A stretch of 64,000 nt of DNA from the IMG/VR virus record IMGVR_UViG_3300045988_167732, positions 32,001-96,000 of that record. One strand, written 5' to 3'. This stretch comes from a virus. This document shows positions 51,800 to 61,476 of the stretch, piece by piece (within the stretch, counting starts at the first letter, position 1; every line of letters begins with the position of its first letter). Position numbers and translations under genes: made by a program. The notes beneath the pieces are model-generated. The model was not told the origin of the DNA. It searched no databases and worked only from the letters and a program-made list of their open reading frames with translations.

Positions 51800-52204
51800 A
51801 TGAATTATAAAACTGGAAATAATGTAGTAGAAAATAAAATTGTTACTTATTATCCTGTTCTTGTGGTTAAGTTTAATGAATACAAATGTGCTTATTATAT
51901 TAAACGTGACCTTTTGTATTCTGTTCCTAATTATTTTTTCACTCAAGACATAGAAGAAGATAACATTCTTTGCGCAAATTCTGAGGGAGAGGCTTTAGCA
52001 TTGGTTGGAGAATTTAAATCTGACCCAAACAGCGAAAGTTTAATTAACACTTTCGTTAAAGCAGTTAAATCTTATAATAATCCCATCCATCTCCCAGAGG
52101 CTCCTCAATATATTGAACATTACTTTTCTGTTATTTGCAAAAAGCACGTTTTTACTACTTCTCTAATGGACAATAAATATCACACTTCCCCTGAAAACTT
52201 TTAA
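51800..52204 (+). CDS. hypothetical protein
   Basis: GAGGTG SD. Confidence 0.7.
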   Translation: MNYKTGNNVVENKIVTYYPVLVVKFNEYKCAYYIKRDLLYSVPNYFFTQDIEEDNILCANSEGEALALVGEFKSDPNSESLINTFVKAVKSYNNPIHLPEAPQYIEHYFSVICKKHVFTTSLMDNKYHTSPENF

Positions 52205-52215
52205 GGAGGTTTTAT

Positions 52216-52725
52216 ATGGATAACTATGAAGCTATGAAGCCTTGGGAGCACGGAAAGATTGTTGAAATTCATCATGATATTAAGTCTATTTCTGTGTATC
52301 CTGTCGTTTATGAAAACAAAGATTTTTATGTCTGTCGAGTATCAGGTTCTACAGAAATAATTACAATTAGAAAAAATTCTTGTCAAAATTACGTCTTTGA
52401 ATCTTACGAAAAGTATATGAGTTGGAGACGAAACAACCCTCTTGCTAGTCTTAATAGCAGACATTTCTTTGTATATATCCCCAAGGATGGGAAAATTTCT
52501 TTCGCTGACAATTTTCCTGTTAGAGATTCTCTTGATGAAGCATTGGCTAAAGCTGAACACGCTTATGATGAAGAGGAGAAATCTTTTAAGCGTTTGCAAA
52601 CCAGCTTTGAATATTATGCCAATAGAATTGAAGACACAAAAGAAACTTTAAGACAGAAAATGTCACGTATTGAAAATATTAAGGCTCAAATTGCGGAAAG
52701 GGACAAGAATAAAAATGGTATTTAA
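52216..52725 (+). CDS. hypothetical protein
   Basis: AAGGAGG SD. Confidence 0.75.
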   Translation: MDNYEAMKPWEHGKIVEIHHDIKSISVYPVVYENKDFYVCRVSGSTEIITIRKNSCQNYVFESYEKYMSWRRNNPLASLNSRHFFVYIPKDGKISFADNFPVRDSLDEALAKAEHAYDEEEKSFKRLQTSFEYYANRIEDTKETLRQKMSRIENIKAQIAERDKNKNGI

Positions 52726-53047
52726 TCTTACAGATAACGGTCTTACTCATTCTAATATGGAGACTTATTATTGTATTGGTATTCCCCGAAAGAAACTTCC
52801 TCTTAACTATGGTGAATCACCTTCTTATGGTTTTGCTAATAGAGGTTGGTCTAATATACCGTATCTCATTGCAGAGAATTTCACTCTTTCCTGTTTTTCT
52901 TTTGACAATGAAAAGTGTGCTAAAGAATGGTGGAGTAAGAATAAGAAGTTTTTCCTTGAAAACAAAACTTATACCAAGGAATATGACTTTAATTATGCAA
53001 AGATTATCAAGGTAGAAATTGGTAGTAAGTATACTATTATGCGTTAA
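52715..53047 (+). CDS. hypothetical protein
   Basis: ATG 52715, in frame with track ORF 52670. Confidence 0.65.
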   Translation: MVFNLTDNGLTHSNMETYYCIGIPRKKLPLNYGESPSYGFANRGWSNIPYLIAENFTLSCFSFDNEKCAKEWWSKNKKFFLENKTYTKEYDFNYAKIIKVEIGSKYTIMR

Positions 53048-53058
53048 AGGAGAATACT

Positions 53059-53451
53059 ATGGTTAACCTTAAAAATCAGCCTGTGTATTATATTACCATT
53101 AAAGCAAACCGAGACTCTGAAATTAAGACTCTTTATGCTGGTGAACACTTTGGTGAAGGTGGTTTTTTCATCAATTTCGATTCAGCAAAGCGTTTTAGTT
53201 GTCCTCTTTCTGCTGAAAAGTGGTTTAAGTTTAATTTCGATGAAACTAATCTTCCTCCTGAATATTATGACTGGACAAGCATTACCATTGAAGAGCTTAA
53301 GCTTGTTCCTGTTATGAATATCTATCTTTCTAAGGAAGAGACGATTTCAAATTCTAAAACTCTTGAAACCACCACAAGGCAAGAAAAGCCTAAGCGTACT
53401 TACAAAAAGAAAAAGGTAGAAGACAAAATCGACACCATTCCAGATACTTAA
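53059..53451 (+). CDS. hypothetical protein
   Basis: AAAGGAGA SD. Confidence 0.7.
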   Translation: MVNLKNQPVYYITIKANRDSEIKTLYAGEHFGEGGFFINFDSAKRFSCPLSAEKWFKFNFDETNLPPEYYDWTSITIEELKLVPVMNIYLSKEETISNSKTLETTTRQEKPKRTYKKKKVEDKIDTIPDT

Positions 53452-53582
53452 TTCATAAAAATTTAACAGTTTATCTATTGACAGATATTCTTTTTTATGC
53501 TAAACTAGTTATAGAAAAGGATATCTGTCCTTTATTTTAATTTAAATAAATCTGTTGAAATACACAGAAGAATGGAGATAAT

Positions 53583-54614
53583 ATGGCAACTGTTTAGTAT
53601 CATTATGGTAAAAATAATTCTTTGCTTCGTTGGTATCATCCTATTGTAAGAGGCGTGACTTATAATAATGTGGTGGTAATTGATTGGCCTAAGAGTGAAC
53701 TAAAGAGCGCAAGTATAGATATGTGTACGCAACCAAAGCTTAGTCCTGAAAAAATGTATAACCTTTATGGTTATAAACCTGATGTTGTAACAAACGCTTT
53801 CTTCTTTGATACTGCAAGCGGAACTTCTATCTGGAATTTGAAAAGTAATAATACTGTTTATGCCAAAGATGGTAATTTCTCTAATGGCTGGGGTATTACA
53901 AATTCTGGAAAGATTATGAATGGCGTATTTAACAATGGTGTTGGTTGGAGAGACTTTGGCACAGAATATCCTGCTTTATTTAAAAATAAACAGCCTCAAT
54001 CTGTAAAAAACTATGCTGACATTGATTATGAAGCCAAAAGACAGATGTTCGGTTGGACAAAGACAGATGGTAATCCTAAAAACGAAAAGTATTTTATTGT
54101 TTCTGTTGTATCTGGTGGTATGAAACTTTCCACTGCTCAGAATCTTATTAAATCTCTTTTTCCTGATGTAGATTATTGTTGCAATCAAGATGGCGGAAAT
54201 TCTACTTATACAAACTTTGAAGGAAAGCGTCTTTCTGCGTCTGGTTGGTTAAGACCTGTTGATTCTATTCTTGCTTTCTGGCTTCGTTCTAATGCTGAAA
54301 GAGAAAAAGCAGAAACAGAAGAAAAGAAACAAGACAAGGCTAACAAAAAAGAAGAAAACCGTCCTAAGAAAACTGGCTACCGTTGTCAGTTAGGAGCTTT
54401 TAGCAATTCTACTCGTGCAATTACTTACAGAAATGAAATTAGAACTCTTACTGGTGTAATTGATTATTCAACGGCTTTCTGTGTTCAAGACCCCAAAACA
54501 AAGCTCTATAAGGTCCAAGTAGGTTTTTTTGCTAAAAAGTCTGGTGCTGAAAAGGTTAAGGCAGATTTGGCTGAAAAGGGATATAATTGTTATATTTGCT
54601 ATGTGGAGGAATAA
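53583..54614 (+). CDS. cell-wall hydrolase-like protein: phosphodiester glycosidase-like domain plus C-terminal SPOR domain (1 in-frame TAG)
   Basis: NQDGGNST motif. C-terminal YRCQLGAFSN..YKVQVGFFAKK..A is SPOR-like. ATG 53583 follows GGAGA; a TAG is the fifth codon. Confidence 0.65.
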
Positions 54615-54979
54615 TGAAAATTTTTGATACTTGTCTTAAAATTGAAGAAATTTTAAAAGGTTATCTTATAGCTTCTAATAAAACAAGCGACAAAAAGAAA
54701 TCTGAATATTATAAGCATGAAGCTTACAGATTAAATTTTGCTACGAGAGAACTTGATTTATTTTATAACTGGGGCTTTTCTAATCTTGTTTATGTACCCA
54801 ATCTAAATCATTGGGCTTGTGTAATGCCTAAAGACTATGAATATCTTAATTCTACTTCTTATCCCTATTCCAAAGAAGACCCTCCTATTATCTTTGTAAG
54901 TGGTAATGTTGATAGTGTATTAGATGAATATTTAAGCGAATTAGATGAATATTTAAATGAGGAAAAAGGTAATGAATGA
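54614..54979 (+). CDS. hypothetical protein
   Basis: ATG 54614 follows GGAGGA. Confidence 0.65.
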   Translation: MKIFDTCLKIEEILKGYLIASNKTSDKKKSEYYKHEAYRLNFATRELDLFYNWGFSNLVYVPNLNHWACVMPKDYEYLNSTSYPYSKEDPPIIFVSGNVDSVLDEYLSELDEYLNEEKGNE

Positions 54980-55277
54980 GAAGAAGTATGAAGTGATTTC
55001 TGATATTACCTCTCCTATTGATTAGGAAATTGCAGATTTTGTTCAGCGTATTATTGACCAAGACGAAACTCTGGCTTCTTTGACTGATACTTTTTTTATC
55101 AGTTATGATTATGAGTATGAAAATGTTTATATTTGCACTACCTATCCACAGTATTTAATTGTAATTAATCACCAACTTTTTAAAGATTTGTGTGATATAA
55201 TTAATGAGTATTATGGATTTTCTGTCTTTGTTAGAAAAGTTGATTCAATTATTAGCATTAAATCCAAGGAAAGCTAA
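54972..55277 (+). CDS. hypothetical protein (1 in-frame TAG)
   Basis: ATG 54972 is in frame with track ORF 55080 across one TAG. Confidence 0.65.
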
Positions 55278-55297
55278 CAATTTAATTTAATAAATAG

Positions 55298-55326
55298 TTG
55301 ACAACACCTCTCCTTTATGGTATATT
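55298..55326 (+). promoter_or_regulatory. sigma70-type promoter with the spacer complementary to the downstream RBS
   Basis: TTGACA-N17-TATATT. ACACCTCTC (55304-55312) is complementary to GAGAGGTGT (55341-55349), followed by TTTTT and the ATG. Confidence 0.7.
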
Positions 55327-55353
55327 AAATGTACTAAAAAGAGAGGTGTTTTT

Positions 55354-55914
55354 ATGCTTGGAATTTTATGTGCTATTGGTGGATTTTTCGTTGTTGTATT
55401 TATTATATTTGTTTGTTGTTTTGCGTATATCATTTATAAAGATGGAGATGATGGATATAAAAACACAATAATTGATTGGATTAAAGAATATCGCAAAGAT
55501 TGGCGTAATTGGGCGCGTTTAAAGTTTAACGAATGGAAAAAATATTATATTTTAGCTCCTGATGAATGGAGACTGGCATGGTTTGCTCCTATGCGATTTA
55601 TTACAGATAAACACGGAACTAGGGATACAGTTCATATTAATTTTGGCTTTATTGGAAATATTAGATATATCCTTTTTAAGCATAACATGGATAACAAGTA
55701 TGAAAAGAATAAATCTGCTCAACGCTCTCAAGATAATTTAAGATATGTTCTCGAAGCTGTTCAAGGAGATATTGATAAAATCCAAAAGAAAACCGAAGAG
55801 GAAATCAATAAAGCCAAAGAAGAGACAGATAAGATTCGAAAGTCTTATTTAAACGAAGAATCTTATTTAAATAAAGAAATTGAATTAAAATCTACTGATA
55901 AATGGGAGAATTGA
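55354..55914 (+). CDS. membrane-anchored protein, tandem paralog A
   Basis: N-terminal TM helix. INFGFIGNIRY.. and a C-terminal coiled coil are shared with the 55916 gene. Confidence 0.75.
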   Translation: MLGILCAIGGFFVVVFIIFVCCFAYIIYKDGDDGYKNTIIDWIKEYRKDWRNWARLKFNEWKKYYILAPDEWRLAWFAPMRFITDKHGTRDTVHINFGFIGNIRYILFKHNMDNKYEKNKSAQRSQDNLRYVLEAVQGDIDKIQKKTEEEINKAKEETDKIRKSYLNEESYLNKEIELKSTDKWEN

Positions 55915-55915
55915 T

Positions 55916-56545
55916 ATGCTGACATTAAAAATTTTTATGATTTTTCTTCTTGTTGCTTTGGCAGGATTTTGTTTTTGGCTTTCTTGGTCTCTTTTTCTTG
56001 GTCCACTTATTTTAAAAGGAATCTTTGATGCTGATTTAGATAATATCAATGAAAAGCGCAAAGGCGAAGAATGTACCAAGATGGATTTTGATAAGTGGTA
56101 CGACATTTTTTGTTTAAACAATGAGAAATGGAATTTGGGTTGTCTTCCGTATTGTCGTGTTGATACAACAAGACAAAGATTTGGAGAAATTATTCTTACT
56201 TCAAATTATTGGAATTATAATTATGGTGTTAAAAATATTTATGTGGATTTTGGTTTTATTGGCAATCTAAAATATTCTCGTTGGCGTCATAAATATCTTA
56301 AAAATAAAAAGACCAAAGAAATTCAAGAAAGAGAAGTAAAAAATCTTAAATTTATTCTTGAAAGCGCTCAGGAAGATATTGAAATTCTCAAAAAGCAATC
56401 CAAAGAAGAAATTAACAAAGCAGCAGAAACCACTAAAAAAGTCAAAGAGAATCTTGACAAACAAAAGTTACGAAAGATGAAAACAGGGTATGATAATGAC
56501 CCTCCAATGTACTCCATCTTTAGATATGATGACGTAGAGTTTTAA
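55916..56545 (+). CDS. membrane-anchored protein, tandem paralog B
   Basis: VDFGFIGNLKY.., LKFILESAQEDIEILKKQSKEEINKA parallels paralog A. Confidence 0.75.
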   Translation: MLTLKIFMIFLLVALAGFCFWLSWSLFLGPLILKGIFDADLDNINEKRKGEECTKMDFDKWYDIFCLNNEKWNLGCLPYCRVDTTRQRFGEIILTSNYWNYNYGVKNIYVDFGFIGNLKYSRWRHKYLKNKKTKEIQEREVKNLKFILESAQEDIEILKKQSKEEINKAAETTKKVKENLDKQKLRKMKTGYDNDPPMYSIFRYDDVEF

Positions 56546-56591
56546 ATAAAAGATTTCTTTTATTTGATTAAAATGCTAAGGAGAATATTTA

Positions 56592-56813
56592 ATGTTTATT
56601 TGTTATGATAATTGTTTATTTAATTCCGATAATATTAATTTTATGAGAGTTAATGAAAGAGATGTCATAATTGGCTTGATGGGTGAAAATCATATTTTGA
56701 AGTATGAAAATAAAGACCTTGTAAAAAAGGCTTACTCTAAAATTCGTGTTGCTATTACAAAGAATTCTTCTATTGTAGATATCTCTGAAAGCAAACTTAA
56801 GGAGACAACTTAA
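56592..56813 (+). CDS. hypothetical small protein, paralog pair member
   Basis: MFICYDNCLFN, compared with MIICYDNQIIN in the next gene. Confidence 0.65.
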   Translation: MFICYDNCLFNSDNINFMRVNERDVIIGLMGENHILKYENKDLVKKAYSKIRVAITKNSSIVDISESKLKETT

Positions 56814-57119
56814 ATGATTATTTGTTATGATAATCAAATTATTAATTTAGATATGGGATGGAGAGCTATTCACATTACTGCCTGTAGAGATTTTGGCTGG
56901 GAAATTTCTCCCCCTGTTTATTCTCTTACTATTGAGCTTAATGATAAATCTTCTTGTAGTTTAGGAGTTTTTAGCGAAGATGAGTATTGTTTGGCAAAAA
57001 TAATGATGGACAAAATTAAAGAAGGGTTAGCGAACAATATTTCTTTCCTTGACCTTGATGATTACTTGAAAATGTGGAAGAAGAAATTAGAAAAAGAAAA
57101 GGAAACTAAGAATGGATAA
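56814..57119 (+). CDS. hypothetical small protein, paralog pair member
   Basis: Shares its N-terminus with the 56592 gene. Confidence 0.65.
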   Translation: MIICYDNQIINLDMGWRAIHITACRDFGWEISPPVYSLTIELNDKSSCSLGVFSEDEYCLAKIMMDKIKEGLANNISFLDLDDYLKMWKKKLEKEKETKNG

Positions 57120-57801
57120 TGGATTTAATTTAAAAGAGGATAGAATTACTTTTGACTGTATGCCAGAAGATATGCAAATGAGTGATGCAGGATTTAATGC
57201 CCTCATGGGATGTACTATTCTTTGGGGATTGATTTGTAATTTCTTCATCTGCATGTTCCTTGAAACACAGGTTTTTAACTTTGTATCGTCTCATCCTCTT
57301 CTCTTTATTCTAGGCTATTTTGCTCTGGCTTTTCTTGGAGCTATTATTATTAGTGGTACAGAAAACGCTGTAGTTGCTTTCCTTGGATTTAATCTTATTT
57401 GTTTGCCTATTGGAGCGCTTCTAAGCGTTTATGTAAGCCAGTATACAACATTGAGTATTAGCTATGTATGTCTTCTTACTGCTATTATTGTAGTAATTAT
57501 GATTGTTGTTAGCACAGTATTTCCAGAGTATTTTTGTTCTCTTGGACATATTCTTTTAGTATCTTTAATTAGTATTATTTTTATTGAGGGGACTTTGATT
57601 TTCTTCCTTGGATATACTGGTCATGTAATTGACTATGCAGTTGTAGCGTTGTTCTCTCTTTACATTGGGTACGATTGGTATTGTTCTCAGAGATATGCTG
57701 CAACACCTTATAATGCCATTAGTTGTGCAACAGACCTTTATCTTGATATTATTAATATCTTTGTTCGTTTACTTGCAATTCTTGGTAAGAAAAAAGATTA
57801 A
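57112..57801 (+). CDS. Bax inhibitor-1/YccA family membrane protein
   Basis: About 7 TM helices and the C-terminal DLYLDIINIFVRLLAILG motif. Confidence 0.75.
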   Translation: MDNGFNLKEDRITFDCMPEDMQMSDAGFNALMGCTILWGLICNFFICMFLETQVFNFVSSHPLLFILGYFALAFLGAIIISGTENAVVAFLGFNLICLPIGALLSVYVSQYTTLSISYVCLLTAIIVVIMIVVSTVFPEYFCSLGHILLVSLISIIFIEGTLIFFLGYTGHVIDYAVVALFSLYIGYDWYCSQRYAATPYNAISCATDLYLDIINIFVRLLAILGKKKD

Positions 57802-57805
57802 ATAC

Positions 57806-57834
57806 TTGACAACTCCTTATTTTTTTGGTATTAT
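57806..57834 (+). promoter_or_regulatory. sigma70-type promoter with the spacer complementary to the downstream RBS
   Basis: TTGACA-N17-TATTAT. CAACTCCTTA (57810-57819) is complementary to TAAGGAGTTG (57849-57858). Confidence 0.7.
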
Positions 57835-57864
57835 TTAAGTATCAAAGATAAGGAGTTGAATTTT

Positions 57865-58134
57865 ATGGAAAAGAAAAAGTACACTTATGATTTAACTTTT
57901 GCGGAAGTTCTGGAAGAGATTTGGTATAAAAATTGTTGGTATCAGGGTAACAATTTTGCTGATGGTTCTGTTCTCGAAGTTACGCCTGATAAGGACATTT
58001 ATATAAAGACCTTTGTACGTACCGTTTCTCATTCTACTCGTGTATATAGCTCCCCTCTCATTCTTACTGAGGGAGTTTATGAACAAATGTATCGTCGTGT
58101 ATATACACAGCCTGACGCTGAAAGGAGAGTTTGA
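57865..58134 (+). CDS. hypothetical protein
   Basis: ATG 57865 follows AAGGAG. Confidence 0.7.
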   Translation: MEKKKYTYDLTFAEVLEEIWYKNCWYQGNNFADGSVLEVTPDKDIYIKTFVRTVSHSTRVYSSPLILTEGVYEQMYRRVYTQPDAERRV

Positions 58135-58529
58135 TGTTATATCATCTTTCTCGTAATCCTAATCTTACCACTTTAACTCCACAAATTCCAGAGACAGCAA
58201 TTCCTTATAATGAGGATGTATCTATTCCAAGAGTTTGCTTTGCTCCTACTATTGAAGGTTGTCTTTCAGCTTTAGGAGATATTAGTATGGAGTATTATGT
58301 TTATACTCCTGTTAATCAAAAACTCAAAGGATACTCTTGCAGAAGCCATGTTTGTGACGCTCCCGCTACAGGAGAAAGATGGATTAGAAAACCTGTTGCG
58401 GTTAAAAAGATTGGGAAAATCAAATCTTGTAACACAGGTACTTCTAAACCTATGACGATTAAATACAAAGGTCGTACAGAACAGATTTGGTATCTTAAAT
58501 ATACCTATAAATGGAAGGAGCGCTATTGA
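58134..58529 (+). CDS. hypothetical protein
   Basis: ATG 58134 follows AAAGGAGAG. Confidence 0.7.
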   Translation: MLYHLSRNPNLTTLTPQIPETAIPYNEDVSIPRVCFAPTIEGCLSALGDISMEYYVYTPVNQKLKGYSCRSHVCDAPATGERWIRKPVAVKKIGKIKSCNTGTSKPMTIKYKGRTEQIWYLKYTYKWKERY

Positions 58530-58843
58530 TGGAGCGTATTAAAAAGGGACGTAAACCCCCTACTCGTGATAAGAGAGAGAACTGTGGTATTGTAACTTCT
58601 CTTCTTGATGCCAATGGTAATAATATTATCACTGGTAATCTTTATGAGTTTAAAAGTCAGAAGTATCATTATATGGGAAAGGTTTTTTATAATAGATATC
58701 AGAAGGCTTTTGGTATTTTTATGGGGTGTTGGTATGGAGATAGGAATCCTAACAATCCCGAAAACTATGGCAAGTTTATTGCTATCCCTAAAGATAACGG
58801 TATGAAGAATCAAATTTTCCCTATTGAAGAAATGGAGCTTTGA
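58529..58843 (+). CDS. hypothetical protein
   Basis: ATG 58529 follows AAGGAG. Confidence 0.65.
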   Translation: MERIKKGRKPPTRDKRENCGIVTSLLDANGNNIITGNLYEFKSQKYHYMGKVFYNRYQKAFGIFMGCWYGDRNPNNPENYGKFIAIPKDNGMKNQIFPIEEMEL

Positions 58844-58844
58844 T

Positions 58845-59051
58845 ATGAAAATTAAATATATTAAATCTAAAGTTGTCTTACCAGAAGAAAATTACTGGTA
58901 TGACATTAATTATAATACAGAAATTGCAACTTGTTCTCGTTGTAAACGTAGAGGAAAAATTAGAACCACAATTACTAAATGGGGTGGTTACGCAATCAGT
59001 AATCCTTATTGTCCCGCTTGTGGTGCTTTTATGAAAAACGGCTGTAATTGA
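58845..59051 (+). CDS. zinc-ribbon protein
   Basis: CSRC..CPAC; ATG 58845. Confidence 0.65.
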   Translation: MKIKYIKSKVVLPEENYWYDINYNTEIATCSRCKRRGKIRTTITKWGGYAISNPYCPACGAFMKNGCN

Positions 59052-59059
59052 GGTATAAT

Positions 59060-59362
59060 ATGTCAAAAATTGTTTGTGCTGCTATTAAATTTACAAGCAA
59101 AGCAGATGAAGATAACATTATTGTTCTTCCTTGTATTCGTCATGGTGATGGATACAAGCAGTTTGCCTATCTTAACTTTGTATTAGCTGGAAATTATTCT
59201 CGCTCTGATTGGAATATAGAAGAAGGTTTTGTTGATAGCTATGGAAAATTTCATTCCAGAGAAAAGGCTTTCGACATTATGAAAGGTTCTTTTCCTGCTT
59301 CTCTTATTTATTTTAAAGACCAGCGTAATGAAACAGAGTTATATTCGGAGGACTTGTACTAA
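59060..59362 (+). CDS. hypothetical protein
   Basis: ATG 59060 follows GAGGT. Confidence 0.65.
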   Translation: MSKIVCAAIKFTSKADEDNIIVLPCIRHGDGYKQFAYLNFVLAGNYSRSDWNIEEGFVDSYGKFHSREKAFDIMKGSFPASLIYFKDQRNETELYSEDLY

Positions 59363-59631
59363 TGAATAATAAAGAACATCCTGATACTGTATCTTATGGT
59401 GTTTATGAACAAGTTGCATGGGAGAGAGACCTTGTAGAAGACCAATTGAATACACTTGGCTTTGGAGTGGGTAGTAAAGTAACATGCAGGAAGAAACTTG
59501 TAACTACATATCAAAAAGATGGACGCTATAATATTGCTCGAACCTTTGAAGTTTGTTCTGAATGTGGAGAACAGTTACATTCAGATATGAATTTCTGTCC
59601 TTATTGCGGAAGGAAAATTTTAGATGAATAA
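59362..59631 (+). CDS. zinc-ribbon protein
   Basis: CSECG..CPYCG; TAATG overlap. Confidence 0.7.
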   Translation: MNNKEHPDTVSYGVYEQVAWERDLVEDQLNTLGFGVGSKVTCRKKLVTTYQKDGRYNIARTFEVCSECGEQLHSDMNFCPYCGRKILDE

Positions 59632-60004
59632 TATTTTTGCTATACCTATTGGTCTTAGAGGGACAAGTACTGTTTGGCATAACGATACTAAAATTGGTAT
59701 TTGTCTAACTTCTAGTAATTCTCCTTTGCTTGGAAACTTTGTTCCTTTGAATGAAATTTCTGTTATGGATAATAAAGGTGATAATCCTTTGTCTGAAAAT
59801 GAACTCAAAACCATTACAGAAATTAGAACAGATATTTACGAAATTAAACCAGAATACGAAAACTTTATGTTACTTTGTACAGATGAAGAAGAAGTAACAT
59901 ATCTTGGAGAAAGAATAATTCATTTGTTTTATCTTTCTCATCGTGATGAATTCCTTGTAACTGGAATTAATTATTCTATTGCTGACCCCGAAAAAATTTC
60001 TTAA
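59624..60004 (+). CDS. hypothetical protein
   Basis: 126-aa ORF. Confidence 0.65.
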   Translation: MNNIFAIPIGLRGTSTVWHNDTKIGICLTSSNSPLLGNFVPLNEISVMDNKGDNPLSENELKTITEIRTDIYEIKPEYENFMLLCTDEEEVTYLGERIIHLFYLSHRDEFLVTGINYSIADPEKIS

Positions 60005-60074
60005 TAAACCCTTGAAATAATCCTTTTATTTTGTTATAATTACTGTATCAAAATTGAAAGGAGATAAAGCTGAT

Positions 60075-60899
60075 ATGAGCTTTTATCTGAAAGAAACCAC
60101 AACTAACTCTTATGTTCAGTTTGTTGGTAATCAGTACAGCTATATTTCAAATCCTGACAAGAAACATTTGTTTAAGGATGTTGACAAAGCTGCCAACATT
60201 GTTCTCAATCATTCTCTTGTTGACAAGTTTTTGTCAAATCGCGTATTTTCCATCTATCACGCCGAAACTGGCAATCTGGTATATGATAAACTTGTCTCTA
60301 ATGTGGCAAATAAAGGATTGATTCTCTCAAGTGTTTCTAAAGCGGTTCTTAACTTGCAAGAAAGTTTAGGTGAAGCACCTGTCACAAATGGGAATACTAT
60401 CGAAATGAAATTTAAAGATTCGGTTTTGCCCGTTGTTTCTCATTCCAATTGCGCAAAAGCAATGATTGATGGTGATGAACTTCCTGTCAAAGATTCAACC
60501 AAAAGATATCAAGCAAGCGAATATTCCAGAAACAAGACTCTTCCTCCTTTGGAAGCTATGTCAAAAACTTTTGAAAATATCACTTCTGCTATTAATTCCC
60601 TTCCATCTAATGAAGATTTAGCAACACAACTGGGTGATTACAATGCTCAGGTAGTTGATATTCTTCATTATATCGAGTTCTCTCACCTTGATGCTTGCAA
60701 TGGTTATCTTATCTTTAAAAAGCTTCAAGATGTCCTTATTGCAAGACGTACTGTTAAGGAACAGATGGAAATTATCAATAAGCTTGAAAATTGCGGTTTG
60801 ATTGTTGAAAAAATTAATGCCGCTAACAATCGAGCTAAGAAAACACTTGAAGAATCTCGTTCCTATTGTCCTCGTAGTGACATTGATATTTTTGATTAA
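60075..60899 (+). CDS. hypothetical protein
   Basis: ATG 60075 follows AAAGGAGA, downstream of a TTGAAA..TATAAT promoter. Confidence 0.7.
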   Translation: MSFYLKETTTNSYVQFVGNQYSYISNPDKKHLFKDVDKAANIVLNHSLVDKFLSNRVFSIYHAETGNLVYDKLVSNVANKGLILSSVSKAVLNLQESLGEAPVTNGNTIEMKFKDSVLPVVSHSNCAKAMIDGDELPVKDSTKRYQASEYSRNKTLPPLEAMSKTFENITSAINSLPSNEDLATQLGDYNAQVVDILHYIEFSHLDACNGYLIFKKLQDVLIARRTVKEQMEIINKLENCGLIVEKINAANNRAKKTLEESRSYCPRSDIDIFD

Positions 60900-60926
60900 A
60901 GTTTTTGACTAAAATTTAATAAACAC

Positions 60927-60955
60927 TTGACAGCTTCTTTCTTACTTGTTATAAT
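60927..60955 (+). promoter_or_regulatory. sigma70-type promoter with the spacer complementary to the downstream RBS
   Basis: TTGACA-N17-TATAAT. CAGCTTCTTTCTTA (60931-60944) is complementary to TAAAGAAAGGAGCTG (60966-60980). Confidence 0.7.
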
Positions 60956-60987
60956 GTAACTACAGTAAAGAAAGGAGCTGTTATTTT

Positions 60988-61212
60988 ATGAAAAAGGTTG
61001 ATAAAGTTCTGTGGTATCATCAGGAAGATTTAAGAAAAGATATCATTAAGGCTCTCTTTGGTGAGTATGCCATTCTCCACGAGGATTATATCGACTTCCA
61101 TTATGATGATGATAATCGCGCTGGACTTTTTGTTAAGGTGCAAGATAAAGACCAGCCTAATCTTACTAAGACTTTTTGTATTATGATTGATGAAGTTAAG
61201 GATGCGTTCTAA
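60988..61212 (+). CDS. hypothetical small protein, tandem paralog A
   Basis: QEDLRKDIIKALFGEYAIL..DYIDFHY is shared with the next gene. Confidence 0.7.
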   Translation: MKKVDKVLWYHQEDLRKDIIKALFGEYAILHEDYIDFHYDDDNRAGLFVKVQDKDQPNLTKTFCIMIDEVKDAF

Positions 61213-61233
61213 AAAGAAAGGAACTGTTATTTT

Positions 61234-61476
61234 ATGAAACGAATTGAAAATATTACCGCATACACTCAGGAAGATTTGAGAAAAGATATTGTCAAAGCTC
61301 TCTTTGGTGAGAATGCAATTCTTGGCGGAGACTATGTTGATTTTCATTACAAACCTGAAAATGATGCTGGTCTTGTTGTTAAATTTTATGATAAAGACTC
61401 GCCTTTTATATCTAAGACCTTTATTATTAGACTTGAAGATGCCGACAACAAGGAAGTTACAAAGGAGGAAATCTAA
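61234..61476 (+). CDS. hypothetical small protein, tandem paralog B
   Basis: QEDLRKDIVKALFGENAIL..DYVDFHY. Confidence 0.7.
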   Translation: MKRIENITAYTQEDLRKDIVKALFGENAILGGDYVDFHYKPENDAGLVVKFYDKDSPFISKTFIIRLEDADNKEVTKEEI

